Shown: positions 36,301-49,212, counted from the first letter of the stretch. The stretch is 64,000 bases of DNA from Eledone cirrhosa (GCA_964016885.1 OZ024748.1:29326001-29390000), one strand, 5' to 3'. Translations and numbers: made by a program. Notes: a model not told the origin generated them from the letters alone.

Positions 36301-36925
36301 CTTAGATAGGGCTAGACATAAGATAGGGAAGGCCACATCATGGTACGACAACCAGAGATATCAGAGTGTCATGTTTGTGGACGCCACCCCTGGAGGGAAA
36401 TTAGCTAACCAGTGTAGAAAGGCCCTGAGAAAGACCCACTTAAAAATAAAGGTGGTAGAAAAGCCAGGAACCACCATAAAATCCCTGATCAGCAAAACCT
36501 ACCCTTTTAAGAAAACCCACTGTACCAATAGGAAATGTATCATATGTAAGGTGAACCCCCGGATAAACTGTAAAACTAGAAACGTAGTCTATAGCATAAG
36601 ATGTACAGAGGGTACTTGCAGAAACACGACAACAACATACATAGGTGAGACAGCTCGTAGCATAGGTGAAAGGATAGACCAACACTGGGGGGAACTAAAA
36701 GGACGAAAAAACGGGTCAGTACTATACGAACATGCTAGACAACATCATGACGGTAACATAGACAACATAGAAATTAGAATAATATCTAAACATAGGAATG
36801 ACCCAGCAGATAGGCAAATCAGAGAGGCCAGTGAAATAGAAATTAGAAGACCAAAGCTAAACAGAAAGAATGAGTGGAACAACAACAACACCCAAACAAA
36901 CAACACTGACCTAAGAGAAGTATAA
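33305..36925 (+). CDS. PLE polyprotein RT plus GIY-YIG (1206 aa, intact; one aa differs from the minus copy)
   Basis: Same motifs as 27098-30718; PSRCT versus PSRRT. Confidence 0.95.
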   Translation: MTLPKYNNICFDTRFHIKNLAKLIHRRYGISLCQAERLLKDTVFCYIKTTITTEQIRFLKHCVSSKTYTTNISKQVNNLLLNKTQAERLKHTITVNMKRTTYTKVNALYRQKRINGKEIRNLITANERDDFMSVIRRETKYAQNECCRHFKKKLEWMNKKKLQERKIEYSQKYPDNIDNIRMSDVKLPEEFTNDHTVNIYGNTLISEQEQQILKLPPKFAIYKKINPMECKTELEKCFTKIRWNAKVNNNNNNNGSSNINNNSGYRNNSHNHNNGRKVRNSDNGNNTSDRQNNNNHNNNNNRNVNHRHSNSDHSSNNGNNTNNNNNNNHSGNNGNSTCSNINKNKKHNNSNNHNGRNSSNNNNNNGEVNNNTSSNHNNNNINANDRNNNNHHDNNNSNTHNYDDRNNDNPLEKLFFNPADKTYKMGNIYPTRLPFNKRVCIPQQIDDETEAQFTIARNKIRQVVDRYTMRQSRPEAQQLGIKPVEGLVSLKQRTRDGEVVCLPTDKSGRMSIDSMPNYIEAMQPHITNTSEVAQLTHDGREKILNAHMMMWTDILKPSRCTANNFQASNNGIPPLYGLRKDHKTVDDPTTRPVCGANIASNYRISYFLSMVIRPIIKMSPDVCESTEDLLSRISECNKNRSLSNCIIGSMDVVSLYPSINIDFAVKRCVEMIIESEVEFCDVDTDELGLLLRLTYDTDYLDSHDLRCFCPSRPIRGRPPTITSMAKKTPIGRWIGWTKAIRTPQNTDQVRKMVAHAIGASIKTTLKGHIFKFNEKIYTQNEGAAIGVSIAGDVANLFMVWWERRLKDLLNESSIDLIMYSRYVDDINIVIRTPPLESTNKFDLERSTMESIQQIANSIHQSITVTIDFPSKHPNNRLPVLDTELWINTIDERAQILHSHYAKPMASKYLILKNSAMSSSAKFNILIADLVRVMKNVSSMCDPTEMEGHIQHFINRMQFSGYNQRDRVRVYEGAMEKYKTLIELDMKGICPLYRSKSWNSLDRARHKIGKATSWYDNQRYQSVMFVDATPGGKLANQCRKALRKTHLKIKVVEKPGTTIKSLISKTYPFKKTHCTNRKCIICKVNPRINCKTRNVVYSIRCTEGTCRNTTTTYIGETARSIGERIDQHWGELKGRKNGSVLYEHARQHHDGNIDNIEIRIISKHRNDPADRQIREASEIEIRRPKLNRKNEWNNNNTQTNNTDLREV

Positions 36926-37193
36926 ATAAATAAGTAAATTAAATTAAATAAAATAAGATAAATAAATACATACACAAGCACATAAACACACACTAGTCAC
37001 CCAGCAGACACAACACTATACACACTAGTCACACATCACACATAACACTATACACACACGCAAACGCATGCGCAAAGAAGACAAAATAAAATAAGATAAA
37101 CAAACAAGCAAATAAATAAATAAATATATAGACGGACTGAACAAAAAAAAATGGCGTAGACATACAACACAACAGGAGGAACAATGAATATAA

Positions 37194-37235
37194 CACCACT
37201 GACGATGTTGCAGATGTGCAACGAAAGATTTATGT
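37194..37235 (+). ncRNA. PLE pLTR minimal hammerhead
   Basis: Identical to 33072-33113, 4122 bp downstream. Confidence 0.65.
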
Positions 37236-37444
37236 AAACTATATATATATGTGTTTGTCTATATTGTATCTGTATTATTTTATTTTTGACCGCCGGTCAG
37301 TCAATGGCAACATTGAGGACCGAGTAAGTTAGATCGCAGATATATATATATAAAAGACAGCGAGAAGCGAAAACCAACCAAACAGTGAGTGTGTTCTGTT
37401 ATTAATTCTGGCAATATTACGCAAATATGACCCTCCCCAAATAT

Positions 37445-38007
<563 letters not shown>

Positions 38008-38015
38008 TATATATT

Positions 38016-38373
38016 GGATGTGCAGTGTAAATGTGCGTGAATGACCCAGCATAAATGTGTTGAGAGAGAAACTGTGTCTGAGAGGGAAAGAATGTAGTGT
38101 ACGGGAGAGGAGACTGAGGTGGTATGGACATGTGATGCGCATGGAGGATGACCGATGGGTGAAGAAGTGCCAGGAAATGCCAGTTGAAGGAAGACGTGGT
38201 AGAGGTAGACCACGAAAAACATGGGCGGAGGTGGTGAGAACAGACCTCAGATCATTGAAGCTCACGGTGGAGATGACGAGGGACCGTGACGAGTGGAGAG
38301 ATGCTGTGCTGAATAAGATCCGTCCCACCTTTGCAAGCAGGGAAAAGCGGACGTAAAATGATGATGATGATGA
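38016..38373 (+). mobile_element. RTE family C 3' fragment
   Basis: RERRLRWYGHVMRM...GRGRPRKTW; the ORF stops directly before (GAT)n. Confidence 0.85.
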
Positions 38374-38479
38374 TATTATATATATATATATAATATATAT
38401 ATATATATAATATATATATATATATAAGATATATATATATAATATATATATATATAATATATATATATATATAAGATAT

Positions 38480-38511
<32 letters not shown>

Positions 38512-38708
38512 ATATATAATATATATATATACATGTAGGTAAATATATTCCTTATCTGATATTTTGTAACTAACCCTACATAGATCGATAACGAAATATG
38601 CGTACGATGTATTATTATCACCTAGAAACGATCGTAAAGCAGTGAAATATATTTCTCATGACTTGAATTTGTATTTCATTGTTTTAACTTATATACATAT
38701 ATATATAT

Positions 38709-39053
38709 GGAGGCACATGGCTTAGTGGTTAGAGCATTGGGCTTGCAATCGAAAGGTTGCGAGTTCAATTCTCAGACCGGGTGATGTGTTGTTTCCTTGA
38801 GCAAGACACTTTATTTCACATTGCTCCAGTTTACTCAGCTGTAGAAATAAGATGATAGGGACTGGGGTCTCTATCATTCCACTGCAAAGTGGTCGTGGAG
38901 GTGCCATGGCAAAAAAGCACCCAGCACTCACTGTAAATGAGGTTGGTGTTAGGAAGGGCATCTAGCTGTAGAAACCAAGCCAGAATCAGTTCCCGTCCTA
39001 CCCTTGCAAGCAAGGAAAAGTGGACATAAAATGATGATGACGATGATGATGAT
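38709..39053 (+). mobile_element. tRNA-derived CORE-type SINE
   Basis: Same family as 5690-6030. Confidence 0.88.
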
Positions 39054-39144
39054 ATAATCATTTCATTTTACGTCCGCTTTTCCCTGCTTGCAAGGGTATA
39101 TATATATACACACACACATACATACATACATATATATATATATG

Positions 39145-39800
39145 CTCAGGTGCAATAAGTAGTAAGTGCCCACAGGATACTAGCTCCTTCTATAGAAATA
39201 GTGGACGCTTTCCGTTACCTGGGTGACAAAATCAGCAGTGGTGGTGGGTGCTCTGAAAGTACAGTAGCCAGACTCAGAACAGGATGGAAAAAGTTCAGAG
39301 AGTTTATACCGCTGTTGGCCACAAAAGGTTTCTCTCTAAAAATGAAAGGCAGATTGTATGATGCCTGTATATGAACAGCATTGTTGTTACATGGCAGTGA
39401 GACATGGGCATTGTATGCAGAGGACATGAGTAGACTGGAAAGTAACAATGCATGCATTGTCCGTTGGATGTGTAATAGTAATATACGCGAACGTCAAAAC
39501 ATAAATGAACTAAGTGAGAAATTAGGAATAAGAGGGGTCAGATGCTGTTTACTTGAGAGAAGTCTACGTTGGTATGGTCATGTGATGCGCATGAAAGACG
39601 ACAGCTGTATAAAAATGTGCAGGATGATCAAAATTGATGGAAGTTACGAAGTAGGCTGACCCAGAAAAAAATTCCGACCTTACACACTTGCACCTCTATA
39701 AGACAATGTCACTGGACCGAGATCTTTAACCCCACAATGTAATACAGAGGACCCGCCTTGCCTATGTACAAAGCGAAACCTACAGTCAGTAGGCACCTCA
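39145..39800 (+). mobile_element. Degenerate RTE-A-like 3' fragment
   Basis: ORF 39381-39659 (HGSETWAL...LRWYGHV). Confidence 0.85.
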
Positions 39801-40969
39801 AAAAAATTTGGATCTAAGTATGTAAATGCTTGTTCTCCTACAGCAATCCTCGGTGTTTTAAAGATAGGGTTCCAGTTCTATCTTGAAATGAAATGTCTTA
39901 CTGAAAAACACAGTGCACCATCTAGTCCAGGAATCAAACAATCAGATTTATCCTTCATACACCATTGTCTAGAGCATGTTTACATGTAAACACCATTTTC
40001 TAATTTGGAATTGAGAATCTTGCCTATAATTGAGGACAGCCTGCTAAACAACTACTGCTTTCAGTGAGAGTTTTTACAAAGATTAAATAAATTTAATTAA
40101 TATGGACATTGAAGGTCCTTTTATGTCAAACTGTCGTTTCTTATTTGATAATGAGGAAGACAAAGATGGCAAATTATGTTTTAAATGGCTACCATGACCC
40201 TCTATATCACACTTAGAAAAACTAAAATTTAATGCTTTCAAACAGGAAAGTTCAGTTCAATTCATTTTCATTTTTGCAGTGATATTCAATAATATAATTT
40301 ATGGAACATATTATTGGTTAGAGTTTCAATTAGAGTCTACAGAGGGAAAAAGAATATTTTCAAAACTCAGTTTTGATTTGACAACATTTCAAAACTATTA
40401 TTTCTTTGGCAACCAAGTAATGGAGAACAGAAAAGAGAAAAACAAAGGTAAAAGGTAAAAAAGGAGTAACAAACAACATCATTTGTGTATTTTACAGTGA
40501 ATAAATTTTATTTCTCCATATATTACATTCTGTGGTCTCTTCCAATTCATTATTACATTCTATAGTTGCTCTTTTTCCCTTCTCCCCCTATTTCATAAAT
40601 ACAATCTATCTGATTTCTCCTCTTCCTTCTCTTTCATTAATACATTCAACTGTGTGATGTGTGTGTGTTGGATGAGGTTATAGAAATAAACTATAGCAAC
40701 ACACGAAATATATTAAGACAGTATAATTGGGAAATGGAGAATGTGGAGATAGAGAGAAGGCTGTGTTTGTTTATATATGTATGTGTGTGTTAACATATGG
40801 AAGGTCAGAAAAATGATTGGATATTCTGGAACCAAGCATTAACTCATAATTGGAATGGAGGATGTAGGTGATATATAGCTGCAGGGTAAGGTTTTATTAA
40901 CTACGCTTCAGATTCCATCTGCTTCTCCTAGTCATACAGCCTGCCCTGTAGCAAAGTTCTGTTTAATTT

Positions 40970-41346
40970 TCACATTGATCCCATAACTTTATAAGCATCA
41001 AAGCGAGGTTCCTGTATACGTCCACTCATATTATTACTACCACCACCATCACCACTTCCACCACCATGTGAAACCATTGTAAGCCCACCCTGTGATTGAG
41101 GGTTGCCATACATGTTACCAGGTCCCATGTTTTGCACCATCCCTCCACTATTACCAGCTCTATTACCATGATCAACAAATGCTCCACTGGCATCACGACC
41201 TGTTGGGTTTTTGTTGTTCCCATGCCACTGGTCATTTGATCTGTTCATGCCACTGTTGTCCATGTCTCCATGCATGTGAGACCAGCTGTCCACTTTCCTT
41301 CCCATGCTGCCAGAACCCCATGGAGGTCTTTGGTCAGGTCCACCAA
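40970..41346 (-). CDS. SAFB: SAFB-like terminal coding exon (G-rich, ...EPRFDAYKVMGSM*)
   Basis: AG acceptor at 41347-41348; phase 1; stop at 40970. Confidence 0.82.
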
Positions 41347-41734
41347 CTAACAGGAACACAAAAAGATTATATTTTCAAATAAATCACTAATATGTAAAAA
41401 TTGAACAATATTTCAGTTAATTAATTTTAGGATATAACAGTGAGATTTGTCTAAAGGGGAAAGAGTTGAAGAGTGAGGAGCGGGAGGGGAAAAGGGAGAT
41501 ATGGAGAGGAATAGGGGAAGTACTGAGGGAGGAGAGTTACAGAAAGATATAGGGAGAGAGTTGGTGACTGTAGAGAAATAAGGGGTCAGGAAAGAAAGGG
41601 GATGTACTAAGAGAGAGATACAGAAAGATATAGAGAGGGAGACAGCAAGAGAAAATTAGTCAGTGGGAAGACAACTTCAGTGAAAAATATAAGTGAAGTG
41701 GATAGTCAAGTAAGATAATTCTAGAGGTAGAGCA

Positions 41735-42050
41735 ATGAAAACTGATAGTGAGGATATGCGACGGCTGGAGAGAAATGAGGTAAACATGCTCCGTTGGATG
41801 TACAATGTCAATGTGCGTGAACGACACAGCATGAATGTGTTGAGAGAGAAACTGTGTCTGAGGTGGTATGGACATGTGATGCGCATGGAGGATGACCGAT
41901 GGGTGAAGAAGTGCCAGTTGAAGAAAGACGTGGTAGAAGTAGACCAAGAAAAACATGGGTGGAAGTGGTGAGAACAGACCTCAGATCGCTGAAGCTCATG
42001 GTGCAAGCAGGTAAAAGCGGACGTAAAATGATGATGATGATATGATGATG
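41735..42050 (+). mobile_element. RTE family C fragment (intronic, antisense to host)
   Basis: MRRLERNE..MLRWM..LRWYGHVMRM; (GAT)n tail. Confidence 0.8.
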
Positions 42051-42135
42051 AGAGAAGGAAGGAGGATATGAAAGGATGAAAGAATGAATGATAGAAAAAT
42101 TATGTCAAATCTCAAACAAAACAATGAAAACTTAC

Positions 42136-42278
42136 CAAGGGAACTTCTCACTCGCCCCAGTCTATCATGAGCTGATATATTTCTTCTGTCTGTGTCTCCT
42201 CGTCCTTGTTCAGGGCCAATATATCTTCTATCAGGTTCCCGACTAGGTCCAGTATCTCTTCTAAATTCATAGGGCATC
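42136..42278 (-). CDS. SAFB: SAFB-like exon (MPYEFRRD...SSL)
   Basis: cag/GTAAG boundaries; phase 2 to 1. Confidence 0.8.
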
Positions 42279-42664
42279 CTGAAATTAGATATCTTAACTA
42301 TAATAAAGAAAGGAGTGCGGGACTGCGTCCAGAATATATTTTTTTACCCCCTTTGTAAAATAAGTTGGATTACTTTGAATAAATAATTGTTTCTACTTTT
42401 GGCACAAGGCCAGCAATTATCCCAGTGCATTACTGGTACTTTATTTTATCGATCCTGATAAATAATGAATGAATATTACATAATTTATGTGCTAAATTTT
42501 GGGCTGTTGATTAAATATATTTTATAGCTTATTTAATGATTCACTTCTTTAAAATTTTCAAATGTCAACACTTCCGGTTAGCGGCCATTATATTATAACA
42601 CTTATAAAAATATTGCATATATTTCCATTGCTAATTTTTTCCTCATGCAGTTTATATATAATAT

Positions 42665-43000
42665 AGGCACATGGCTTAGTGGCTAAAGCATTGGCATTGC
42701 AATCGAAAGGTTGTGAGTTCAATTCTCAGACTGGGTGATGTGTTGTTTCCTTGAGCAAGACACTTTATTTCACAATAATTGTTTACTCAGCTGTAGAAAT
42801 GAGATGATAGGGAATGGGGTCCCTATCATTCCACTGCAAAGTGGTCGTGGAGTTGCCACGGCAAAAAAAGCACCCAGCACTCACTGTAAATGAGGTTGGT
42901 GTTAGGAAGGGTATCCAGCTGTAGAAATGAAGCCAGAATCAGTTCCCGTCCTCCCACCCTTGCAAGCAGGGAAAAGAGGACGTAAAATGATGATGATGAT
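42665..43000 (+). mobile_element. tRNA-derived CORE-type SINE (intronic)
   Basis: Same family as 5690-6030. Confidence 0.87.
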
Positions 43001-43334
43001 AACAGACTTCGTTCAATTTCTGTGTATATTGTCAATTACGATTTTATTTGATGTATCATATCTACATGCATATATATTTGTGTATAATATCAATATACAC
43101 ACTACACATGCTAGCAGAAAACCACCGGGGGGGTTCTGCTAGTATGTTTAACAACCCATGTGTCTTCAAATACCTTCCCACTTCACAGCACTATGGCCAT
43201 CGTCTACAATAGCTTTGTGATGGCTAAATGCCAGGTGAAATTTGGAACACAGCTAAAGTTTAAATCAAAAGTGACCAGTACACAGGTCAAATAAAAATAA
43301 AAATTAAAATCAAAAAGACACAAACAAAATTTAC

Positions 43335-43541
43335 CGGCCAAGTTTTTCATCTGTCCGAGACCGGTCACCAGATCGTCTTTCCTCTCGAACTCTAATATCT
43401 CGGACAGAACCCATCTCTTTTCTCATCATTTCTCTTTCTTTACGTTCATCATAGCGGCTTCCACCTTCCAAAGCTCTGCCCTCCCTTCTTTCACAACGTT
43501 CAACACGTCTTTCATAATCTGTATCTTCATATTCATTATAG
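43335..43541 (-). CDS. SAFB: SAFB-like exon (R/E-rich)
   Basis: Polypyrimidine-cag acceptor, GTAA donor; 207 nt; phase 2-2. Confidence 0.82.
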
Positions 43542-44424
43542 CTGAGAAAGAAGAGGGGAAAGATGAAATGAGAGATGCTTACATACACAGGATATACTCA
43601 TATATAAGACAGACATTTTTCATGAAAATATGATGCTAAAAGCAAGCACATGACTTATTGCTCACATTTACAAATCCTCAAATTGTATATGTTTGTAAAA
43701 TTGATATGTGCCATATGTGAGTATACATACATTTACGGTATCATCATCATCATTTAACATTCCTTTTCTCTGCTAAATCTACATTTTTATGCTAGAATGT
43801 ATATGTATATATATATTTGTGTATTTTAAAAGTAGAAGCACCAAGTTCACCCAGTAAGACAGTAGTGATGGTTCCACATAAAAATGCTCCCACCAAATGT
43901 TGTAACATGGTTCACCTTAAGAATGGCATTCAGCCAGTCAAAAACGGACTGTATGAGCAAGGTGTGGTCATGTGAGCTGTCTGGCCTATTAATATGACAA
44001 CCGGTCTAATCTTCGCAAACATGGAAAATAGACATCATCACCATTTAATGTCCACCTTCCAAGCCAGCATGGGTTAGCTGGTTTGCCCCATTTGAGGCAG
44101 GTGACCATATCCTGCTCATGCAGAACTGTTTCTGGCTAGATTTCTACAGCTGGATGCCCTTCCTAATGCCAACCACATTTACAGTGTGTGCTGGGTGCTT
44201 TTTGCTGTGACTCCTATAGAACCACTTCTTCTGTATTACAGCATGTCTTCTGTTGACATACAGCAATACAGAATAAAAAACAACACCACTACTACTGCGA
44301 TGAACAACACTAAATTTCCTATATACCACTTAGACCACCCACTCTCTCCACCGCCTATCAACCGAGAGCTTGACTTCAAATTCTCCAGACTTAAGCAGTC
44401 TATTTTTAGCATATTACAGATATA

Positions 44425-44792
44425 CGAGGGTAATCCAAAAAGTAAGGGCTCCAAAGCGATGGGGACGCAGAGAAACTGTTCGTATCGCTGTTGTGATTGG
44501 TGCTTTCTTCACTCCCAAACAAGCATGCACGCGCTTCGCTGGGATGCTCAATCATGGCTTTGCAGTTGAGAATGGAGCTCCCGTTGAACGCTACCACCAA
44601 GTGCGAATTTCGCGCAGTTATTATATACAAGGGCAATCCCAAAAGTAAGGTCTCCTTCCGAGGAAAACATGCGTAAAGATCGGCGGATCACTCTGCATTT
44701 TGGTTCCTGAGGTTTCCCAAAGCACCATCCACAGGATTTTAATGGAAAAGTTGCAATATCGGAAGGAGACCTTACTTTTGGGATTGCCCTCG
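44425..44792 (+). mobile_element. Mariner-derived remnant plus 165-bp MITE (44628-44792)
   Basis: TIRs TA-C(G/A)AGGG(T/C)AATCC..AAAGTAAGG and CCTTACTTTTGGGATTGCCCTCG-TA; transposase-like start MELPLNATTKCEFRAVI. Confidence 0.8.
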
Positions 44793-44794
44793 TA

Positions 44795-45200
44795 TAAGTA
44801 GATACTCTTCAGGAAACAAAACCCCATTCTAAACAATAAGCAAGAGAAGGACCTCCCTTCCGATAAAGGGGAAAAATTCTGCATTATCTCTAGGGACACA
44901 TACAACAGCTTGGCACCTTAACAATGATGAACTATATACAGAAATGACAGATATAGCTGCATCCCAGATTGAAGATCACATCAACACCATCTGGACGGAT
45001 ATCTGCAGACGGAGACAACTGCCCAACAAATATAAAAACCTTACCACCAGAAACAGCAGACTGCCAACATTCTGCCACCTCATTAAAACTCATAAAACTA
45101 GTATAATCTACAGATTAGACCAATTGCCTCTAGTATAGAAGGAACCCAAAATAATATCTCGATTCCTCTCCTTACGCTCCTTAATTTGGACTGCCAGATG
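44795..45200 (+). mobile_element. Degenerate PLE RT fragment
   Basis: PSDKG..FCII and RLPTFCHLIKTHK...RPI motifs. Confidence 0.6.
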
Positions 45201-45939
45201 ATGCATTAACCCTTTAAGCATTGATATTAATTTGTCAAATGTCATGTTTATCTATTCACATTATTTTCAGTTAATCATAATCAAGAGAGTTATCAATTTT
45301 ATTTGTTTGTAATTTTCTATGTGCAGACTTGAAATTTTGTCAGTATATGTTTAACCCTTTAGTATTCACATTACTCTATATATACTATTATATTTTCATG
45401 GTAAAGGCTTTACTTTGTATAATTATCTCACATAATATCGAATCTATGAAATTTTGCAAGTATTTATTTTGAGAACAATACCGTAACATCAGGTTGAGCG
45501 ACCAGTTACAGCCAGTTTCAAAAGAAAGAGGTAGAGAATTCTGGCTGGTTTTAGCATTAAAGGGTTAAATATCAATAATTTACAATTATATATTTTCTCT
45601 AATTTATTTTGCTAGCACTATTTCTGTCACTTTTATAACTGGATCCATTAGTTTTATGCCCTATAATTGCTCCTCTCCAGAGGAGTGTGTGTGTGTATGT
45701 ATATATATATATATAACAAGTGTTGTAGTTTGCTTGAAGCATTGTGGAATAAGAAATACAAATTTAAATAAGTTTAAATATTTGAAAGCCTGACAATGAG
45801 TGCAAGATTGAAAGTGCCAAAGTAATAGAAGTTCTAAAAGACTAAAAAAAGAGTGAGGACAATAGAAGTTTACACACACACATATATATATATATAGAAC
45901 AGCAGCAATAATAAATCACTGACAAAAATAACAACAGTA

Positions 45940-46080
45940 ATAATTGTTTCTACTTTTGGCACAAGGCCAGCAATTATCCCAGTGTATTACTGGTACTTTA
46001 TTTTATCGACCCCGTAAGGATGAAAGGCAAAGTTAACCTCGGCGGGATTTGAACTCAGACCACCGCTGCCAATTCACCGC
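45940..46080 (-). mobile_element. SINE fragment, second family (partial copy also at ~42383-42460)
   Basis: Repeated in the window; B-box-like GAGTTCAAATCC on the minus strand. Confidence 0.6.
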
Positions 46081-46278
46081 CAACAACAGTAATAATAAAT
46101 CAATAACAGCCATAACAACAATAATAAATCAATAACAGACATAACAAGAACAGTAACAATAAATCAATAACAGACATAACAACAACAGTAACAATAAATC
46201 AATGACAGCCATAACAACAACAGTAACAATAAATCAATAACAGCCATAACAACAACAATAATAAAGCAATGACAGAAA
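46080..46278. repeat. ~32-35-bp AAC/AAT-rich minisatellite
   Basis: AACAACAGTAACAATAAATCAATAACAGCCAT-like unit, about 6 copies. Confidence 0.8.
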
Positions 46279-46305
46279 TATTATCATTCATCACACATAA
46301 CTTAC

Positions 46306-46449
46306 TGAGATTCATTCTGGAATGGAAGTTCAAACCTCAAGGAGTTGTTGGAATTACTTATCCTGGAACGTTTAGGTTCCTCCCAGAGATCTTCCTCACG
46401 TACGTTGCTTCGATCAAAAGGTCTTTTCATGGAATGTCTCATTTCCAGC
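46306..46449 (-). CDS. SAFB: SAFB-like exon (LEMRHSMKRPFDR...)
   Basis: tttttag/GTAAG boundaries; 144 nt; phase 2-2. Confidence 0.8.
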
Positions 46450-47129
46450 CTAAAAACAAGGAACAGTAAACAACAAAATAAAGTTAATAGTAGTAAACAA
46501 CTGCAGTAGTGGATAAGCAGCCAGAAGATGTATCCTTCATCTTTTTAAGGTGGCATGGTGAGATTTAGCTGTTATTACTAGCAGGCTGAGTGACTACATA
46601 AATACTTCCTCAGTGTAGTTTACATATAGCTAGTGGTTGTTTAAGATGCAAGATGACTGCTGAGTCAAAGATCCCCACTACCACTGGTTTATTATGGCTG
46701 CTACACATCTTCATTACAATATTTTTTCATACATAAGTTATCATGTCAAACTGTGTGTATCTAGTTTAAAATAGGTACTCTGTATCTTTGCATGTTGTAA
46801 GGGGTGACTAAAATGGTTGGCACCAAGAAGGACATCCAGCAGTAAAATATTGCCAGAAAAAGGAGTCCATCATGAATATGAAACCTGTTGTGGAGCTCAG
46901 CAAGGCTAATCCCTGCTTTAACTAAGAAAATTACTTTAAACCACATGTTGTGTGATGTAATCATGTCACGTATATGAATCATATCTTAGTCAAATCTATT
47001 TAGAAGACTCTATTGTCAACAACCAAAGAAATGCAGGAATAAGTAATCAACTAAATGATGTCAAAAATAATTAATAAGACATCATTAAGTTGATAATGAT
47101 ATAGTTAGAAAATAATCTGATATAGTGAC

Positions 47130-47237
47130 CTCATCATCTCAGCATGATGCAATTCTTCATTAATTCTTTCTTTTTGAAGTTCTTTTTCCATTCTATATTG
47201 TAATAGTTTTTCTTTCTCAAGTTTCATTCTCTCTAGT
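47130..47237 (-). CDS. SAFB: SAFB-like duplicated coiled-coil exon, copy 2
   Basis: LERMKLEKEKLLQYRMEKELQKERINEELHHAEMM; 108 nt; good acceptor, weak GTCACT donor. Confidence 0.55.
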
Positions 47238-47696
47238 CTGAGAAAAGAAAAACCAATTCAAAAATATTACCAAGGAATTCTTGGAAAAAAAAGGTAAAAC
47301 ATTGAAATTAAAAAAACATTCACTCCCTACACACTAGCTTGAACCTACACTGTTTCATATTACTCTTAAGAACATATGTTTGGAATTTAGGAAGAATTAT
47401 ATATTTTTTCAACAGATTTACATTATAATATCTTTTCAGACATTTGATAACATGTTGAGTGTTGTTGTCTTGTCACAATTACATTTCAGACTACTTTCCA
47501 CTCAGTAAAATCTATTTAAAAGATCCTATTGCCAACAACCAAAAACCAACCAATAAAAAAAACAAATAGAAAAGGTAGCCAAGAGGAGGGAGAGGAATAA
47601 GTAAATTAACTCAATTGACTAAATGATGTCAAAGATAATTAATAAGATACCATTAGTTCATAATGGTATAGTAAGAATATTTTCTGATTTACTCAC

Positions 47697-47792
47697 CTCA
47701 TCATCTCAGCTTTCAGTCTTTCTTTTTGAAGAAGTTCTTTTTCCATTCTATATCTTAATAGTTTTTCTTTCTCCAGTTTCATTCTCTCCAGC
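47697..47792 (-). CDS. SAFB: SAFB-like coiled-coil exon, copy 1
   Basis: LERMKLEKEKLLRYRMEKELLQKERLKAEMM; 96 nt; GTGAGT donor. Confidence 0.8.
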
Positions 47793-47990
47793 CTGAGAAG
47801 TATAAAACAATATAAAGACATCACGAAAAAATACTTGGAAATAAAATAAAATGAAAATGAAAAAAATCCCAGTCTCCAACCAGACACTAATTTGAACATA
47901 TACTGAAGAATATCAAACACATTTTGGGGGGAAAAATTATGTACTAAAAAACCAGGTACTAAAAAAAATTTTTTAAGTTGTTCAACAAAC

Positions 47991-48154
47991 CTTAAATCCT
48001 CCCTAGCTTTGTCCAATCTCATAGCCTCCTCCCTCTGTTTTCTCTCCACATCTCTCTGAAGCATTCGTGCCAAAGCAAGTTTTTTCAACCGGCGCCTCTC
48101 CTCTTCTCTAAGGCTCCGTTGTCTCTGACGTAAACGTTCTCGTTCTCTTTCCTT
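47991..48154 (-). CDS. SAFB: SAFB-like exon (KERERERLRQRQ...)
   Basis: cag/GT boundaries; phase 0 to 2. Confidence 0.82.
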
Positions 48155-48785
48155 CTGTCAAGAAATTTGGTGGGGTTTTTGTTTTATTTTCAAAAAATAG
48201 AATATGAAATGAGAATAATTTTTAAATAGCAAAGATTAAAATAACACAACAGGCAATAACACAAAATGTACAACAGTCAACAATATAAAAATTAATTATA
48301 TAAAACATGAATATAATATATCTTACAAGAGTTGGGAGACTAATATAATAATACAGCAGACATATCATAGATTAAACCTGTTTTGTATAAAACTAACATC
48401 ATTTAAACTTCCAGCTAATGTTACATCCTTTGTTGGAAGATATAGCAATTCAAAATGAACAAACTGTCTAGTGATTATTTTTAAGGTAGAGTAAATTTAA
48501 TATGATGACATCAGTAATACTAACTACTTTAGTGACAGGATGAAGCTAGTGATACTAACAATTCTAGTTTCAAAGTGGAGTTGGTGACACAAACTACTGT
48601 AGTTTTAGGGTGGAGTTAGTGATACTAACTACTGTAGTTCAGAGTTGTGTTAGTAATGCTAACTACTCTAGTTAGACAAAATCACTACCCTTAGTCAACC
48701 CATACCACACCTCTTAGTCACACACCAAACCATATAAACCACACTCATGAAACATACTACAATACCTACACAAAACAGTACTTAC

Positions 48786-49045
48786 TTTTATTCTATCAAA
48801 TGATAAAATATCCTTCTTGGTATCTTTGCCACTTTTATCTTTTGTAGTAGTTTCAGTTGTGGCAGTTGGTTCACCTGGTTTAGGCTTTTCTGGGTTGGCA
48901 ACCTTCTCTTTAGTGTTTGATGGTGATAAAGGTTTTACACCTTTCTCAGAGTCCTCTTTTGTAGTAGATCTCCTAGAATTTGTACCTGGTTTATTTGTAC
49001 CTGGTTTACTTGTATTCCTACTTGACGTAGACACACGAGATCTCT
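48786..49045 (-). CDS. SAFB: SAFB-like exon (...KDILSFDRIK)
   Basis: cag/GTAAG boundaries; ILSFDxIK motif. Confidence 0.85.
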
Positions 49046-49212
49046 CTGAAATATTTACATAAAACCAAAAATTCATAAGAACAACTTACAAATAGAAAAT
49101 CAAGAAAAATAGCCAAATGTTTGCAGTGAAGTCCAGACATATATATCTAGCACCATATTGTCTCGTACAAGGACAACATACACACTGACAGATAGTGTTA
49201 AAGGAGACTGAC

